From contig CAZEXP010000006.1 in NCBI GenBank assembly GCA_964516845.1, positions 16,503 to 80,502 of the forward strand: a stretch of 64,000 bases of DNA, in the 5' to 3' direction. Positions 16,995 to 27,070 of this stretch are shown here, one piece after another. The notes below the pieces were generated by a model. That model was not told where the DNA came from and made no database searches. It was given only the letters and a program-made list of their open reading frames with translations. Source of the stretch: an uncultured bacterium (GTDB taxonomy: Bacteria > Joyebacterota > Joyebacteria > Joyebacterales > Joyebacteraceae). The first letter of the stretch is position 1, and every line of letters begins with the position of its first letter. The translations under genes and the position numbers were made by a program.

Positions 16995-19028
16995 ATGCGT
17001 CCGTTCATCCGACTGCTTGGCTTTGTGAAACCGTACTGGCGCCGCCTCCTGGCGGCGCTCGTCTGCATGGCGGTCTTCGCGGTTCTCTCAGGCGCGTCAC
17101 TCGGCATGATCCTTCCGTTCGTCAACGTGCTGTTCGAACGTGATGCCCTCGTTTCGGACGAGGCGACGACGGTCGTCGCGGGTGCGACGACGGCCGCCGA
17201 AAGTGAGACGGAGGCCGTCGAAAGTGCGACGGCTCAGATGACGGAGGCATCGGGGGGCGCGGTGCCGACCGTTCCCGCGATCGACGACGCGGGCGAATCG
17301 GATGTCGGCGCCGGCGCCGGCGCGCCGATACGCGATCTCAAGGTTGACATACGGGCTCGGATCCTCGAGATGTTCGCGAGCGATTCGCCCGAGCGCGCAC
17401 TCGGCAAGGTGTGCCTGGCGCTCCTGGCCGTCTTCCTCACCCGGGCACTCTTCGGGTACCTTCAGACCTTCCTGATGATGACGCTCGAGCAGCGCGTCGT
17501 TCGCGACCTTCGGAACCGGCTCTTCGAGAAGCTCAGCGGGCTCTCTCTGTCGTTCTTCCACGGGGAGCACACGGGCACGCTGATCTCGAGGATCACCAAC
17601 GATGTAACACTGGTTCGCGGGGCGCTTGTCGCCTCGTTCGTCAACCTGTTTCGCGAGACCTTGCTGACGTTCATCTACCTTGGCGTCGCCATCTGGATCA
17701 GCTGGCGGCTGGCGATCATCACCTTCGTCGTGCTGCCGCCGATCATGTTCCTGATCACGAGGATCGGGGCGCGGCTCCGGAAGAGAAGCACGCGTATCCA
17801 GGAGAAGATGGCCGACATCACATCCACGCTTCAGGAGACGATCTCGGGGATTCGCGTCGTGCAGGCGTTCGGGATGGAGGAGTACGAGCGGCGTCGCTTC
17901 TACGCGCACACCGGGGAGTACTTCAAGAGATTCGTGCGGATGGAGGCGCTTGGCGCCCTCGCGGGACCGCTGACGGAGTTCATGGGTGTTATCGGTGTCG
18001 TCGTTCTGCTCTGGTACGGCGGTCGTCAGGTGCTCCTCGCGGATTCCATCTCCCCGGACTGGTTCCTCATCTTCCTGGGCGCGGCGCTCTCGACGATGCA
18101 GCCGCTGCAGAAGCTCTCGAAGGCGAACAACCAGCTTCAGATGGGACTCGCGGCGGCGGAACGCGTCTTCCAGGTGATCGACACCAAGCCGGACGTGGAG
18201 ACTACGCCGGGTGCGCACGTGCTGACCGGATTCTCCGGTGCCATCAGATACGAGGATGTGACCTTTCGCTACTCCACCGGAACGGATGTGCTCGAGTCCG
18301 TCAACCTCACCGTCCACAAGGGTGAGATCGTTGCGGTCGTCGGTCCGAGCGGCGCGGGCAAGTCGACGCTGCTCGATCTCGTTCCGCGGTTCTACGACCC
18401 GACCGGCGGGCGCGTCATTCTCGATGGACACGATCTCCGCGACGTCGATCTCGCATCACTCAGGCGCCTGATGGGTATCGTCACGCAGGAGACGATCCTC
18501 TTCAACGACAGTGTCCTTGCGAACATCGCATACGGCCTCGAGGGTTCCTCCAGAGAGGATGTCGAGGCGGCGGCGCGCGCCGCGAACGCGCACGAGTTCA
18601 TTCAGTCGATGCCCGAGGGCTACGACACGGTCGTCGGTGAGCGCGGAGCCAGACTGTCCGGCGGTGAACGTCAGCGTCTTGCCATCGCGCGCGCGATTCT
18701 CAAGAACCCGCCCATCCTCATATTCGACGAGGCCACGTCGTCGCTCGACACCGAGTCCGAACGGCTCGTGCAGGAGGCGATCGAGCACCTGTTCGCGGGG
18801 AGGACCGTCCTCATCATAGCGCATCGTCTGTCGACAGTGCGGAACGCCGACCGGATCGTTGCGATGGAGGCCGGGCGCATCGTTGAGGAGGGAACCCACG
18901 ATCAGCTCATTGCGTGGGACGGCCTGTACCGGCGACTGCACGACCTCCAGTTCAGCGGCGCCGGCTCCGAGAGTGATGGTTCCGGACGGCCGGCGGGTGA
19001 CGGCGTCGACGAGGCGGACGAACAGTAG
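16995..19028 (+). CDS. msbA: Lipid A / lipid export ABC transporter MsbA-like (fused permease-ATPase) with an extended first periplasmic loop
   Basis: ATG 16995 immediately after the upstream stop. Six-TM ABC exporter domain, then Walker A GPSGAGKST, signature LSGGERQR and Walker B ILIFDEATS. An insertion of ~70 aa that is Ala/Thr/Glu/Asp-rich lies between TM1 and TM2. Confidence 0.85.
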   Translation: MRPFIRLLGFVKPYWRRLLAALVCMAVFAVLSGASLGMILPFVNVLFERDALVSDEATTVVAGATTAAESETEAVESATAQMTEASGGAVPTVPAIDDAGESDVGAGAGAPIRDLKVDIRARILEMFASDSPERALGKVCLALLAVFLTRALFGYLQTFLMMTLEQRVVRDLRNRLFEKLSGLSLSFFHGEHTGTLISRITNDVTLVRGALVASFVNLFRETLLTFIYLGVAIWISWRLAIITFVVLPPIMFLITRIGARLRKRSTRIQEKMADITSTLQETISGIRVVQAFGMEEYERRRFYAHTGEYFKRFVRMEALGALAGPLTEFMGVIGVVVLLWYGGRQVLLADSISPDWFLIFLGAALSTMQPLQKLSKANNQLQMGLAAAERVFQVIDTKPDVETTPGAHVLTGFSGAIRYEDVTFRYSTGTDVLESVNLTVHKGEIVAVVGPSGAGKSTLLDLVPRFYDPTGGRVILDGHDLRDVDLASLRRLMGIVTQETILFNDSVLANIAYGLEGSSREDVEAAARAANAHEFIQSMPEGYDTVVGERGARLSGGERQRLAIARAILKNPPILIFDEATSSLDTESERLVQEAIEHLFAGRTVLIIAHRLSTVRNADRIVAMEAGRIVEEGTHDQLIAWDGLYRRLHDLQFSGAGSESDGSGRPAGDGVDEADEQ

Positions 19029-19034
19029 GGAGAG

Positions 19035-20207
19035 ATGAGCGTGCTCACTGCGATCGACGACGGCGGAGACCCCGGGGCGCGTGATAGCGGGACGCGTGGC
19101 GGTGAGGCGCATGATAGCGAGGCGTGTGGCGGGAGTGCGTGCACAGGGAGTGCTGTGCCGCTTCCGCAGAGCGGGATCGCCGTCGTCCGGCTGAGCTCGA
19201 TCGGCGACATCGTCCTGACCGAGCCTGTGGTCGCGGCTCTCAGACGCGCCTACCCGGATGCCGAGATAGCGTTCGTCGTGAAGAGCCGCTATCGCGAACT
19301 TGTCGACGCTCACCCTGACATCACGCGCGTCCACGAGCTTTCAGGTTCTTCGCTCGCCTCGCTCAGGAAGCTCTGTTCGGAACTCAGGTCCCACCGATAC
19401 TCCACCGTGGTCGACCTTCATCACAACCAGCGCAGCATGGTCCTCGGCGCGTGCGCCAGATCATCGATCGTGACGACCTATCGGAAGCGCGAGCCCGGGG
19501 ATGCCGCACGCGTGCGGTTTGCGCGCCGGCCGTTCCGCGCGAGCAAACGACTGGTTGCGAGGTATCTCGAGAGTCTCAAACCGCTGGGCGTCGGCGCGGA
19601 GCGCGATCGGCCGCGGCTGTTCGTGTCCGAGGCGGCGGGAGCAGCGGCCCGGGGCCGACTTCTGGAGTGGGGAGTCGGCGATCAGGCGTTCGCGGCAGTG
19701 GCCCCGGCTGCGCTGTGGGAGACCAAGCGCTGGCCCGCCGCGCGCTTCGCCGCTGTCGCATCCGGGCTTGCCCGGGAACACGGGCTCGACATTCTTCTTG
19801 TGGGATCGAGCGCCGATCGCGGGCTCTGTGAGGGCCTGCTCCAAAGCGTGGATGCCGGGTCGCGGCGTGTCGTCAACGCTGCGGGCGTCATCGGACTCGG
19901 GGAGCTTGCTGGTGTTCTCGGAGCCGCCCGCGTGTTCGTCGGCAACGACACCGGGCCGATGCACATGGCGATGGCGCGCGGGACGCCGACGGTGGCGATC
20001 TTCGGCCCGACCGATCCGGGGCAGTTCGACTTCTCCGACGACGCCGTCGTCTACGCCGACCTCAAGTGCAGCGCATGCTCGTTCTACGGAACGGCGACCT
20101 GCCGTCTCGGCCATTGGGACTGCATGAACGGGATAGCCGCGGAGACGGTCCTCGCGGCGGCGGTCGAGCTCATGGAACGGCGACCGTCGCGCGTCGAAAG
20201 GTCGTGA
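19035..20207 (+). CDS. Glycosyltransferase family 9 (ADP-heptose:LPS heptosyltransferase-like)
   Basis: 390 aa. IAVVRLSSIGDIVLTEPVV near the N-terminus and GNDTGPMHMAMARGTPTVAIFGPT near the C-terminus are GT9 signatures. The N-terminal 45 aa are low complexity. Confidence 0.75.
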   Translation: MSVLTAIDDGGDPGARDSGTRGGEAHDSEACGGSACTGSAVPLPQSGIAVVRLSSIGDIVLTEPVVAALRRAYPDAEIAFVVKSRYRELVDAHPDITRVHELSGSSLASLRKLCSELRSHRYSTVVDLHHNQRSMVLGACARSSIVTTYRKREPGDAARVRFARRPFRASKRLVARYLESLKPLGVGAERDRPRLFVSEAAGAAARGRLLEWGVGDQAFAAVAPAALWETKRWPAARFAAVASGLAREHGLDILLVGSSADRGLCEGLLQSVDAGSRRVVNAAGVIGLGELAGVLGAARVFVGNDTGPMHMAMARGTPTVAIFGPTDPGQFDFSDDAVVYADLKCSACSFYGTATCRLGHWDCMNGIAAETVLAAAVELMERRPSRVERS

Positions 20208-21292
20208 TGAGAGTACTCGTCATCCAGACCGCGTTTCTCGGTGACATGATCCTGACGCTGCCGTTGCTGAACCTCCTGCGCTCGAGCGGCGCGGCGTCTG
20301 AACTTGCGGTCCTGGCGGCGCCGGCGGGAGCGCGGCTGCTGGAGACGCAGGGCATCGCCGACGCGATCATCGAGTTCGACAAGCGGCATGGCGACAGCGG
20401 CCCGGCAGGCACGCTGCGCGTGTCCCGGGCGGCTCGCGCGTTCGGGGCGGATGCGGTCCTGGTGCCTCATCGCTCATTCAGGAGCGCGGCGATCGCGGCG
20501 ATGACCGGCGCGCCCCGACGCATCGGGTTCGACGAGAGCGGGGGGCGGGCGCTGCTGACGCAGACCGTCGCGTACCGGGTGCGCGGACACGAGATCGAGC
20601 GGGTCGCGTCTCTCGCGACCGCGCTCGGCGTCTCGCTTCCGGATGGACATATCCCTTTTCATATCCTGGTCCCGGAGGACGCGGTGCGCCGGCTCGAGCA
20701 GCGGTTCGGGGAGCAGCTTGGGGAGCGGGGTGCGCATCAGTCGCTCCAGCAGCCCCGCACCGAAGCCCCGGGTCGCCTCGCGGTGCTGGCCCCCGGAAGT
20801 CGTTGGGCGACCAAGCGGTGGCCCGCGGATCGATACGGGTCACTTGCGGACCGGCTCGCATCGGACGGTTTCACGGTGGCGCTCGCCGGTGGACCAGGGG
20901 ACCGTGAGATCGCGGCGGATGTGGTATCGAGCGCCCGGGTCGACGTGCTCGACCTGAGCGGAAGACTCGACACGGGAGAGTGGCTGGCTCTGGTTGACCG
21001 GAGCACCGTCCTCGTCTCGAACGACTCGGCCGCGGCGCACGTGGCCGCGGGCGTCGGAGTTCCGGTCGTGGCGATCTTCGGGCCTACGGTGCCCGAACAG
21101 GGGTTTGCGCCGTACGCCGATTGCGCGCGCGTCGTGGCCTCGGAACTCGATTGCAGGCCTTGCGGGCGGCACGGCGCCGACCGCTGTGCGCGGGGGACAC
21201 TTCAGTGCATGACCGACATCGATGTGGAGAAGGTCCACGGTGAAATCCTCGGTCTGCTCGAGAGTGGAGCGCGTCGAACGAACGGATTGTGA
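20207..21292 (+). CDS. Glycosyltransferase family 9 (heptosyltransferase II/WaaF-like)
   Basis: ATG overlaps the upstream stop (TGATG). MRVLVIQTAFLGDMILTLPLL... and ...SNDSAAAHVAAGVGVPVVAIFGPT are GT9 signatures. Confidence 0.8.
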   Translation: MRVLVIQTAFLGDMILTLPLLNLLRSSGAASELAVLAAPAGARLLETQGIADAIIEFDKRHGDSGPAGTLRVSRAARAFGADAVLVPHRSFRSAAIAAMTGAPRRIGFDESGGRALLTQTVAYRVRGHEIERVASLATALGVSLPDGHIPFHILVPEDAVRRLEQRFGEQLGERGAHQSLQQPRTEAPGRLAVLAPGSRWATKRWPADRYGSLADRLASDGFTVALAGGPGDREIAADVVSSARVDVLDLSGRLDTGEWLALVDRSTVLVSNDSAAAHVAAGVGVPVVAIFGPTVPEQGFAPYADCARVVASELDCRPCGRHGADRCARGTLQCMTDIDVEKVHGEILGLLESGARRTNGL

Positions 21293-21306
21293 GCAGGGGG
21301 ACCTGA

Positions 21307-22434
21307 TTGCGCACGCTCGTCGTCACCGACTCGATGATATGGAACGCTGAGACGGAGTACGCGCTGGCCGTGGCGGGCGCCGAGGCGGCGATGGGCTTCG
21401 AGGTGTCGCTGGCCGCTCCCGGCGGGAGCGTGGCGCTCGCGAAGGCGCCGACGGGCGTCGCGACGCACGTGCTTCCCGGCGCATCGCTCTCGCGGTCGCC
21501 CGCGGATCTCCTTGCGGCGTGTCGCTGGATCTCGAGTCGCACGCTGGATTCGCCGGGCGCGATCGTGCACAGCTCGCGCTCTTCCGCGCACGTCGCCGTC
21601 GCGCTCGCCAGGTCCGGATCGACGAAGCTCGTTCACCTGCGCGGCGGCGCGGTGCCGCCGTCGGCGGGGGCGCTCAACCGGTACCTGTACCGTCGCCGGA
21701 CCGACGCGGTCATCGCATCGTCGGGGCGGATTGAATCGTGGGTACGCGAGCGGCTCGGTGTGCGCGAGGAACGGGTCTTCACGATCTACCTGCCGATCGA
21801 TATTGAACGGTTCGCGGCCGGCGGCGACGGCGCCGGCGTCAGACGTGAGTTCGACATCGCTGCCGGATCCCCGCTTGTTGTGAACGTGGCGCGCCTGGCT
21901 CCCATCAAGGGGCACGCCGTGCTGCTTGAGGCGTGGAGCCGCGTCGTGGGCAAGTATCCGTCCGCAGTGCTCCTGCTCATCGGCGAACCATGGTCGGGGC
22001 AGCCGGAGGGGCTCGCGGCGCGAGCCGGGGAACTCGGTGTGTCGTCGAACGTCCGGTTCGCGGGGAGACGGGACGACGTTCCCTCTGTTCTGGCGGCCGC
22101 CGATGTCTGCGTCTGTTCGTCCGTGGGGAGTGAGGAGAACTCCCGGGCGGTCAGCGAGTACATGGCCGCGGGTCGTCCGGTCGTCGCGACGAACGTCGGT
22201 GTCATCCCCGAGCTTGTCGTCGATGGCGGGACCGGCCTGCTTGTGGAACCGGTCGACGTCGGCGCGCTGGCGGAAGGGCTCGCGCAGCTCCTCGACGATC
22301 CGGATCGCGCGGCGAAGATGGGTGCGTCGGGGGCCGTGCGAGCGCGCGAGCTCCTGTCCCGAGAGGCGTTCGCCTCCGGGCTGGCCGGTGTGCTGGCCGC
22401 AGTCGGGGCTGCCGACGAGGGGACGCGATCGTGA
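21307..22434 (+). CDS. Glycosyltransferase family 4 (GT-B, group 1)
   Basis: 375 aa with the C-terminal GT4 motif ...SVGSEENSRAVSEYMAAGRPVVATNVGVIPELV. TTG start per the ORF track. Confidence 0.8.
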   Translation: MRTLVVTDSMIWNAETEYALAVAGAEAAMGFEVSLAAPGGSVALAKAPTGVATHVLPGASLSRSPADLLAACRWISSRTLDSPGAIVHSSRSSAHVAVALARSGSTKLVHLRGGAVPPSAGALNRYLYRRRTDAVIASSGRIESWVRERLGVREERVFTIYLPIDIERFAAGGDGAGVRREFDIAAGSPLVVNVARLAPIKGHAVLLEAWSRVVGKYPSAVLLLIGEPWSGQPEGLAARAGELGVSSNVRFAGRRDDVPSVLAAADVCVCSSVGSEENSRAVSEYMAAGRPVVATNVGVIPELVVDGGTGLLVEPVDVGALAEGLAQLLDDPDRAAKMGASGAVRARELLSREAFASGLAGVLAAVGAADEGTRS

Positions 22435-23540
22435 GGATCTGCTTCGTCAATTCGCTCAGGACATTCGGGGGTGGCGAGCGATGGCTGCTCGAGGCGGCCG
22501 CCGGCCTCGCCTCACGAGGGCACACGATCACCGTGGTGGCCCGGGCGGAGAGCGCCCTGGCGACTCGTGCGCGCCGTGCGGGATACGACACGCTCGAACT
22601 GCCGATGCGCGGTGACGGGGACCCGACCTCGATTCTGCCCCTGGCGAGCTGGTTCCGGTCGACGCGCTGCGACATCGCGAGCGTCAACGTCCAGCGCGCC
22701 GTGCGGGTCGGCGTGGTCGCGGCCCGTATCGCCCGCGTGCCCGGCGTCGTCGAGCGCCGCGGGTTGCTCTTTCCGGTCAAGCCGTCCGCCCTCAACCGGT
22801 TCATGTATCGGAGGCTGGTGACGCGCGTCATCGCGAACTGCTCGGCGATCGCGGCGGACCTTGCGGCCGGCGGTGTGGTTCCGGCGGACCGCATCGTCGT
22901 CATTCCGAACGGGATTGATCCCAAACGCGTGACTACGGGAGAGGGTGCGAAGCTCCGGGCGGAACTGTGTCTCGCGGCCGACACGCCGACGGTCGTCGTG
23001 ATCGGCCGGCTCGTCCCGGACAAGGGGCACGAGGTCGCGCTCGCGGCCTTCGCGAAGATCGTGGAGCGCGAACCGCGCGCGCAGCTGCTCGTGGCGGGGA
23101 CCGGGAAGCTCAGACAGCAGCTCAGGACGATGGCGGAGGAGACGCTTCCCGAGGGCAGCTGGCGATTTCTCGGACACCGGAGCGACATCGGCGCCGTGCT
23201 CGCGGCGGGAAGCGTCGTGCTCGTCTCCAGTTTCCGCGAGGGCATGCCTCACGTCGTGCTCGAGGCCATGGCGGCCGGAACACCGATCGTGGCGACCGGT
23301 GTCGCGGGCATTCCCGAGATGATCGAGCACGGGCGGGATGGGTTGCTCGTGCAGCCCGGCGATCCTGACGCGGCAGTCGAGGCGGTGCTGCGGATGTTGG
23401 GTGATCGCGCGGGCGCGAGCGCGATGGCTGAGTCCGCAGGACGCCGCGTGCGGGAGGAGTTCTCGCTCGACATGATGATCGATCGTGTTGAGGCGTGTTT
23501 CGCAGAGGCCGTGGGTCGAGGGAAGGGGGGAGAGCAATGA
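22431..23540 (+). CDS. Glycosyltransferase family 4
   Basis: 369 aa. ...SFREGMPHVVLEAMAAGTPIVATGVAGIPEMIEHG is the EX7E-type GT4 motif. 4-bp overlap with the upstream gene. Confidence 0.8.
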   Translation: MRICFVNSLRTFGGGERWLLEAAAGLASRGHTITVVARAESALATRARRAGYDTLELPMRGDGDPTSILPLASWFRSTRCDIASVNVQRAVRVGVVAARIARVPGVVERRGLLFPVKPSALNRFMYRRLVTRVIANCSAIAADLAAGGVVPADRIVVIPNGIDPKRVTTGEGAKLRAELCLAADTPTVVVIGRLVPDKGHEVALAAFAKIVEREPRAQLLVAGTGKLRQQLRTMAEETLPEGSWRFLGHRSDIGAVLAAGSVVLVSSFREGMPHVVLEAMAAGTPIVATGVAGIPEMIEHGRDGLLVQPGDPDAAVEAVLRMLGDRAGASAMAESAGRRVREEFSLDMMIDRVEACFAEAVGRGKGGEQ

Positions 23541-24610
23541 AATCCCGGACCTTCCACCCGGAGGGCGTCAGGTCGATCCTCGTGATGCGGCTGTATTTCC
23601 TCGGCGACGTCGTTCTCTCGACCCCGGTCCTGGAGGCGCTCAAGCGCCGCTTCCCCGACGCCAGGCTGACGGTCCTTGCGAAGAAACGCGCCGCCGGCGT
23701 TCTTACCGCCAACCCGAATGTCGATGAGATCGTCCTGTACGACGCCGTCGCCGACTACCACATGCCGCGACATCAGTGGAGGCTCGCGCGTCGCCTCCGG
23801 CGCGAGCGGTTCGACCTTGCCGTCGACCTCTCGGGGAACCTGCTGAGTTCATGGCTTCTCTGGGTGGCCGACCCGGGATATCGCGTCGGGTTCAACCACG
23901 CGGGGTTCCCGCGCCTTCTCGATCACCGCATCCCGTATGTCACGGATGGCAGCGTCGTGGAGCATCTGCTTTCGGCCGTCGAGCCGCTGGGTGCGACCGC
24001 CGAACCGCTGCCCAGGATCTATCTGACCGACGAGGAGCGGACCGCGGCGACGGAGCTGCTCGAGCGCGAGGGCGTTGGGCGAAACGAGCCGTTCGCGGTG
24101 CTGGCACCGGGCGCCAACTGGGAGTACCGACGATGGCCCGCGGAGCGGCACGCGGCGCTGGCTCGTCTTCTCGCGAGCGAGGACGGGATCCGGAGTGTTC
24201 TGACCGGCGGGGACGAGGATGAGGAGATCTGCGCAGGCGTCGCGGCGGCGTCCGATGGGAGCGCGCTGAGCCTGGCCGGGCGGCTCGACGTGCGAGGCCT
24301 CGCGGCGACGGCCGAACGGGCCGTGCTGTTCGTCGGAAGCGACAGCGGACCGATGCATATTGCAGCCGCCGTGGGCACGCCGGTGGTAGCGCTCTTCGGA
24401 CCGAACACGCCGGACCGCTTCGCACCCCGTGGCTCGGCCTCGCGTGTGATCAGACACGAGTACCCCTGCTCGCCGTGCGACCAGAAGCAGTGCGTGCGCC
24501 CGGATGATCCCTGTATGGCGGCCATCACGGTGGGCGAGGTTCATGAGGCGGCGCGCGAGCTTCTGCGCGCGACGGAATCGGGCGGGACCGGAGGTGGACG
24601 CGATGACTGA
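23537..24610 (+). CDS. Glycosyltransferase family 9 (heptosyltransferase-like)
   Basis: ATG overlaps the upstream stop (ATGA). ILVMRLYFLGDVVLSTPVLEAL... and ...GSDSGPMHIAAAVGTPVVALFGPN are GT9 signatures. Confidence 0.8.
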   Translation: MKSRTFHPEGVRSILVMRLYFLGDVVLSTPVLEALKRRFPDARLTVLAKKRAAGVLTANPNVDEIVLYDAVADYHMPRHQWRLARRLRRERFDLAVDLSGNLLSSWLLWVADPGYRVGFNHAGFPRLLDHRIPYVTDGSVVEHLLSAVEPLGATAEPLPRIYLTDEERTAATELLEREGVGRNEPFAVLAPGANWEYRRWPAERHAALARLLASEDGIRSVLTGGDEDEEICAGVAAASDGSALSLAGRLDVRGLAATAERAVLFVGSDSGPMHIAAAVGTPVVALFGPNTPDRFAPRGSASRVIRHEYPCSPCDQKQCVRPDDPCMAAITVGEVHEAARELLRATESGGTGGGRDD

Positions 24611-25871
24611 TCGGGAGACGGGGTCAGCCGTCCGCGGGGTCCCTCCGATACGCCATGACATCATCTGCATGTCGACCAACCACTGGACCGGACTGCCGAC
24701 GAGCAAGCAGAGTCTCATGCTCGAAATGGCGCGCTCGGTCCGTGTGCTCTACGTCGAACCACCGCTCGACATCTTCTCCGTGGTCGGACGCCGCCGAAGG
24801 TGGCCGAAGCTCAGAGGACTCAGGCAGGTGCATCCCAACCTGTGGGTCCTCTCGCCGGTGGCGTTCTCGGTGTCATCCCGGCCCGCGGTGCGGACGAGGA
24901 GCACCGAGCGGCTTCTCCCGCGAGTGGCAGCGGCGGCCGAGCGGCTGGGGCTGGGGGACAGAGTCCTCTGGTGCTTCGCTCCCGAACATGCGGTGCTTGC
25001 CGGCAGGCTCGGCGAATGCGCCCTGGTCTACAGCGCGGCTGATGAGCCTGCGGCGTTCAGCACGGCGCCGGACGCGACACGGGAGACGGAGCGGCGCATG
25101 CTCGGCGTGGCCGATCTCGTCCTCGTGGTGTCCGAGGCGCTCCTCGATGCGCGGTCGGACCACCCAAACGCGCACCGACTTCCGAACGCGGCCGACGTGC
25201 CGCACTTCAAGAGGGCACTCGCGGGTGACGCCGAGGCCGGCGACGCGGAGTTCATCGCGGCGCTCGGCGGCACCCCCGCACCGATGGATCTCGTGAACGT
25301 GCGTCGTCCCGTGATCATGTACGGGGGAGCCGCCTACGGTTGGTTCGACTTCGATCTCCTCCGGGAGGTCGCGGACCTGAGGCCAGGCTGGATGATCGTG
25401 CTGGTCGGGCCCGGCGGGACCGGGGAACGTCTCCCCGCGAACGTCGTCCGGCTGGGGCGCCGGCCGTACGACGAGTTCCCGCGATACGTGGCGTCGTGCG
25501 ATGTGGCCATCATCCCATGGCGTGACGGGCTCTTCGCGCGGAACGCCGACCCGATAGTCCTCTATCAGTATCTGCTGTGCGGCAAGCCGGTCGTGGCGAC
25601 GCCGTTTCCGGCGGCGCTCGAACGCGGGGGACTGGTCGCGACGGCGCGGGATCCCATGGAGTTCGTGAACGCCGTCGAGCGAGCGCTGTCCGACCGTGAC
25701 CATCTTGCTCATAGTGCCGAACGGACGGCGTTCGGTCTCGCCAATACCTGGCAGGACCGGGCCGCGCGGGCGGCCCTGCTCATCGAGTCCGCCGTGAGCA
25801 TGCGGACGGGCTCGCCTGGACGGGAGGCGCAGGGCGACGCGGCGCCGTCGGAATCCGGGGAATCCGTATGA
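24603..25871 (+). CDS. Glycosyltransferase, GT1-fold (group 1-like), LPS/O-antigen associated
   Basis: Start taken at MTDRETG (ATG 24603). C-terminal region ...YVASCDVAIIPWRDGLFARNADPIVLYQYLLCGKPVVATPF resembles the Glycos_transf_1 C-terminal half. Confidence 0.6.
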   Translation: MTDRETGSAVRGVPPIRHDIICMSTNHWTGLPTSKQSLMLEMARSVRVLYVEPPLDIFSVVGRRRRWPKLRGLRQVHPNLWVLSPVAFSVSSRPAVRTRSTERLLPRVAAAAERLGLGDRVLWCFAPEHAVLAGRLGECALVYSAADEPAAFSTAPDATRETERRMLGVADLVLVVSEALLDARSDHPNAHRLPNAADVPHFKRALAGDAEAGDAEFIAALGGTPAPMDLVNVRRPVIMYGGAAYGWFDFDLLREVADLRPGWMIVLVGPGGTGERLPANVVRLGRRPYDEFPRYVASCDVAIIPWRDGLFARNADPIVLYQYLLCGKPVVATPFPAALERGGLVATARDPMEFVNAVERALSDRDHLAHSAERTAFGLANTWQDRAARAALLIESAVSMRTGSPGREAQGDAAPSESGESV

Positions 25872-27070
25872 CGAAACGCGAGAGGACGGCGAACGTGCTC
25901 GAGGCGCTCCAGTCGTTCGGACTGGTGCTCCTGCTGGTGGCGCTCCCGTACTCGGAGGGACTCAAGACCACAGGGTTGGCGCTGGCGTTCATCGGTTTCG
26001 CCGGGAAGACCCTCATGGGGCGCATGCCCCGGTTCGACGATCCCGTCCTAGCGTGGTCGCTTCTCGCGTATGTCGGGGCGTGTTTCCTTTCGTTCGCGCT
26101 CGCCAGACCCGAGCTGCAGCGTCCGTGGGAACTGCTGACGGTGCTGATGACGACCGCGCCGTTCTTCCTCGCGGCCGACGCGTGTTCCAGGCGTCCCTCG
26201 AGGGCCCTTCTGTTCACGTGGGCGATCCTCACCGGGGCGCTGCTTGCCGGTGCGGCGGCGTACGGCTCGTTCCTGACGGGGTATGAGGAGCGTCTGTCGC
26301 TCGGCTCCATCGAGAACCCGGTGCCCGCCGCGGAGTATCTTGGCATCGCACTGGGCGTGAGCCTTGCGCTCCTGCTCGCCGAGTATCGGGCCGGCGTCGC
26401 CGGACCTCTTCTGGTTCTCACGGCGGGTTTCACCGCCATCCCGCTCGCGATGACGAGTTCGCGGGGCGGCCTCCTGGGCGCCGCGTTCGGGGGCGCGGCC
26501 ATCATCGCCGCATCGCTCCGGCGGAGACGCTACGCGATCGTGGCGCTCCTGATAGTCGCGGGTCTGGTCGCGACGTTCGCCGTGGCGCACCCGAACTCCC
26601 GTCTGTTCGTGGGGAGGAACATCACGGCGAGACTCAGCACGTGGCAGCGGAGCGTCGAACTCGTGGCCGAACGGCCGCTAACGGGACATGGGCCGGGTAT
26701 CTACTGGGCGCTCGGCGTAACCTACACCGACCGCGAGGGGGAGGAGCACCAGCTCAACGCTCACAACACGCTCTTCCACACCGCGGCGGAGTGTGGACTC
26801 GTGGGGGCTGGCGCGCTCGTCGCCTTTCTGGTATTAGCATTACGAGGGGTCGTGCGCTCCGCGCGGGCCGCGAGGCACGCGATCGATCGGGCCGTGGCGA
26901 TCGGTGCGCTGGCAGGCATTGTCGCGTCGGTCGTCGCCGGTCTCACCGCTGTGTCGACCGACGCCGAGCCGGGCATGTTGTTCTATGCTCTGGTGGCCGT
27001 CGGCGCCGCGCGCGGTGTGATGTCGGCCACCCCTGATGAAACGGGCACGCGGGTCGGAGGTGAAGCATGA
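25868..27070 (+). CDS. O-antigen ligase family protein (WaaL-like, Wzy_C domain)
   Basis: 400 aa, polytopic. Wzy_C signatures TSSRGGLLG and HNTLFHTAAECGLVGAG, plus a periplasmic loop. Confidence 0.75.
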   Translation: MTKRERTANVLEALQSFGLVLLLVALPYSEGLKTTGLALAFIGFAGKTLMGRMPRFDDPVLAWSLLAYVGACFLSFALARPELQRPWELLTVLMTTAPFFLAADACSRRPSRALLFTWAILTGALLAGAAAYGSFLTGYEERLSLGSIENPVPAAEYLGIALGVSLALLLAEYRAGVAGPLLVLTAGFTAIPLAMTSSRGGLLGAAFGGAAIIAASLRRRRYAIVALLIVAGLVATFAVAHPNSRLFVGRNITARLSTWQRSVELVAERPLTGHGPGIYWALGVTYTDREGEEHQLNAHNTLFHTAAECGLVGAGALVAFLVLALRGVVRSARAARHAIDRAVAIGALAGIVASVVAGLTAVSTDAEPGMLFYALVAVGAARGVMSATPDETGTRVGGEA

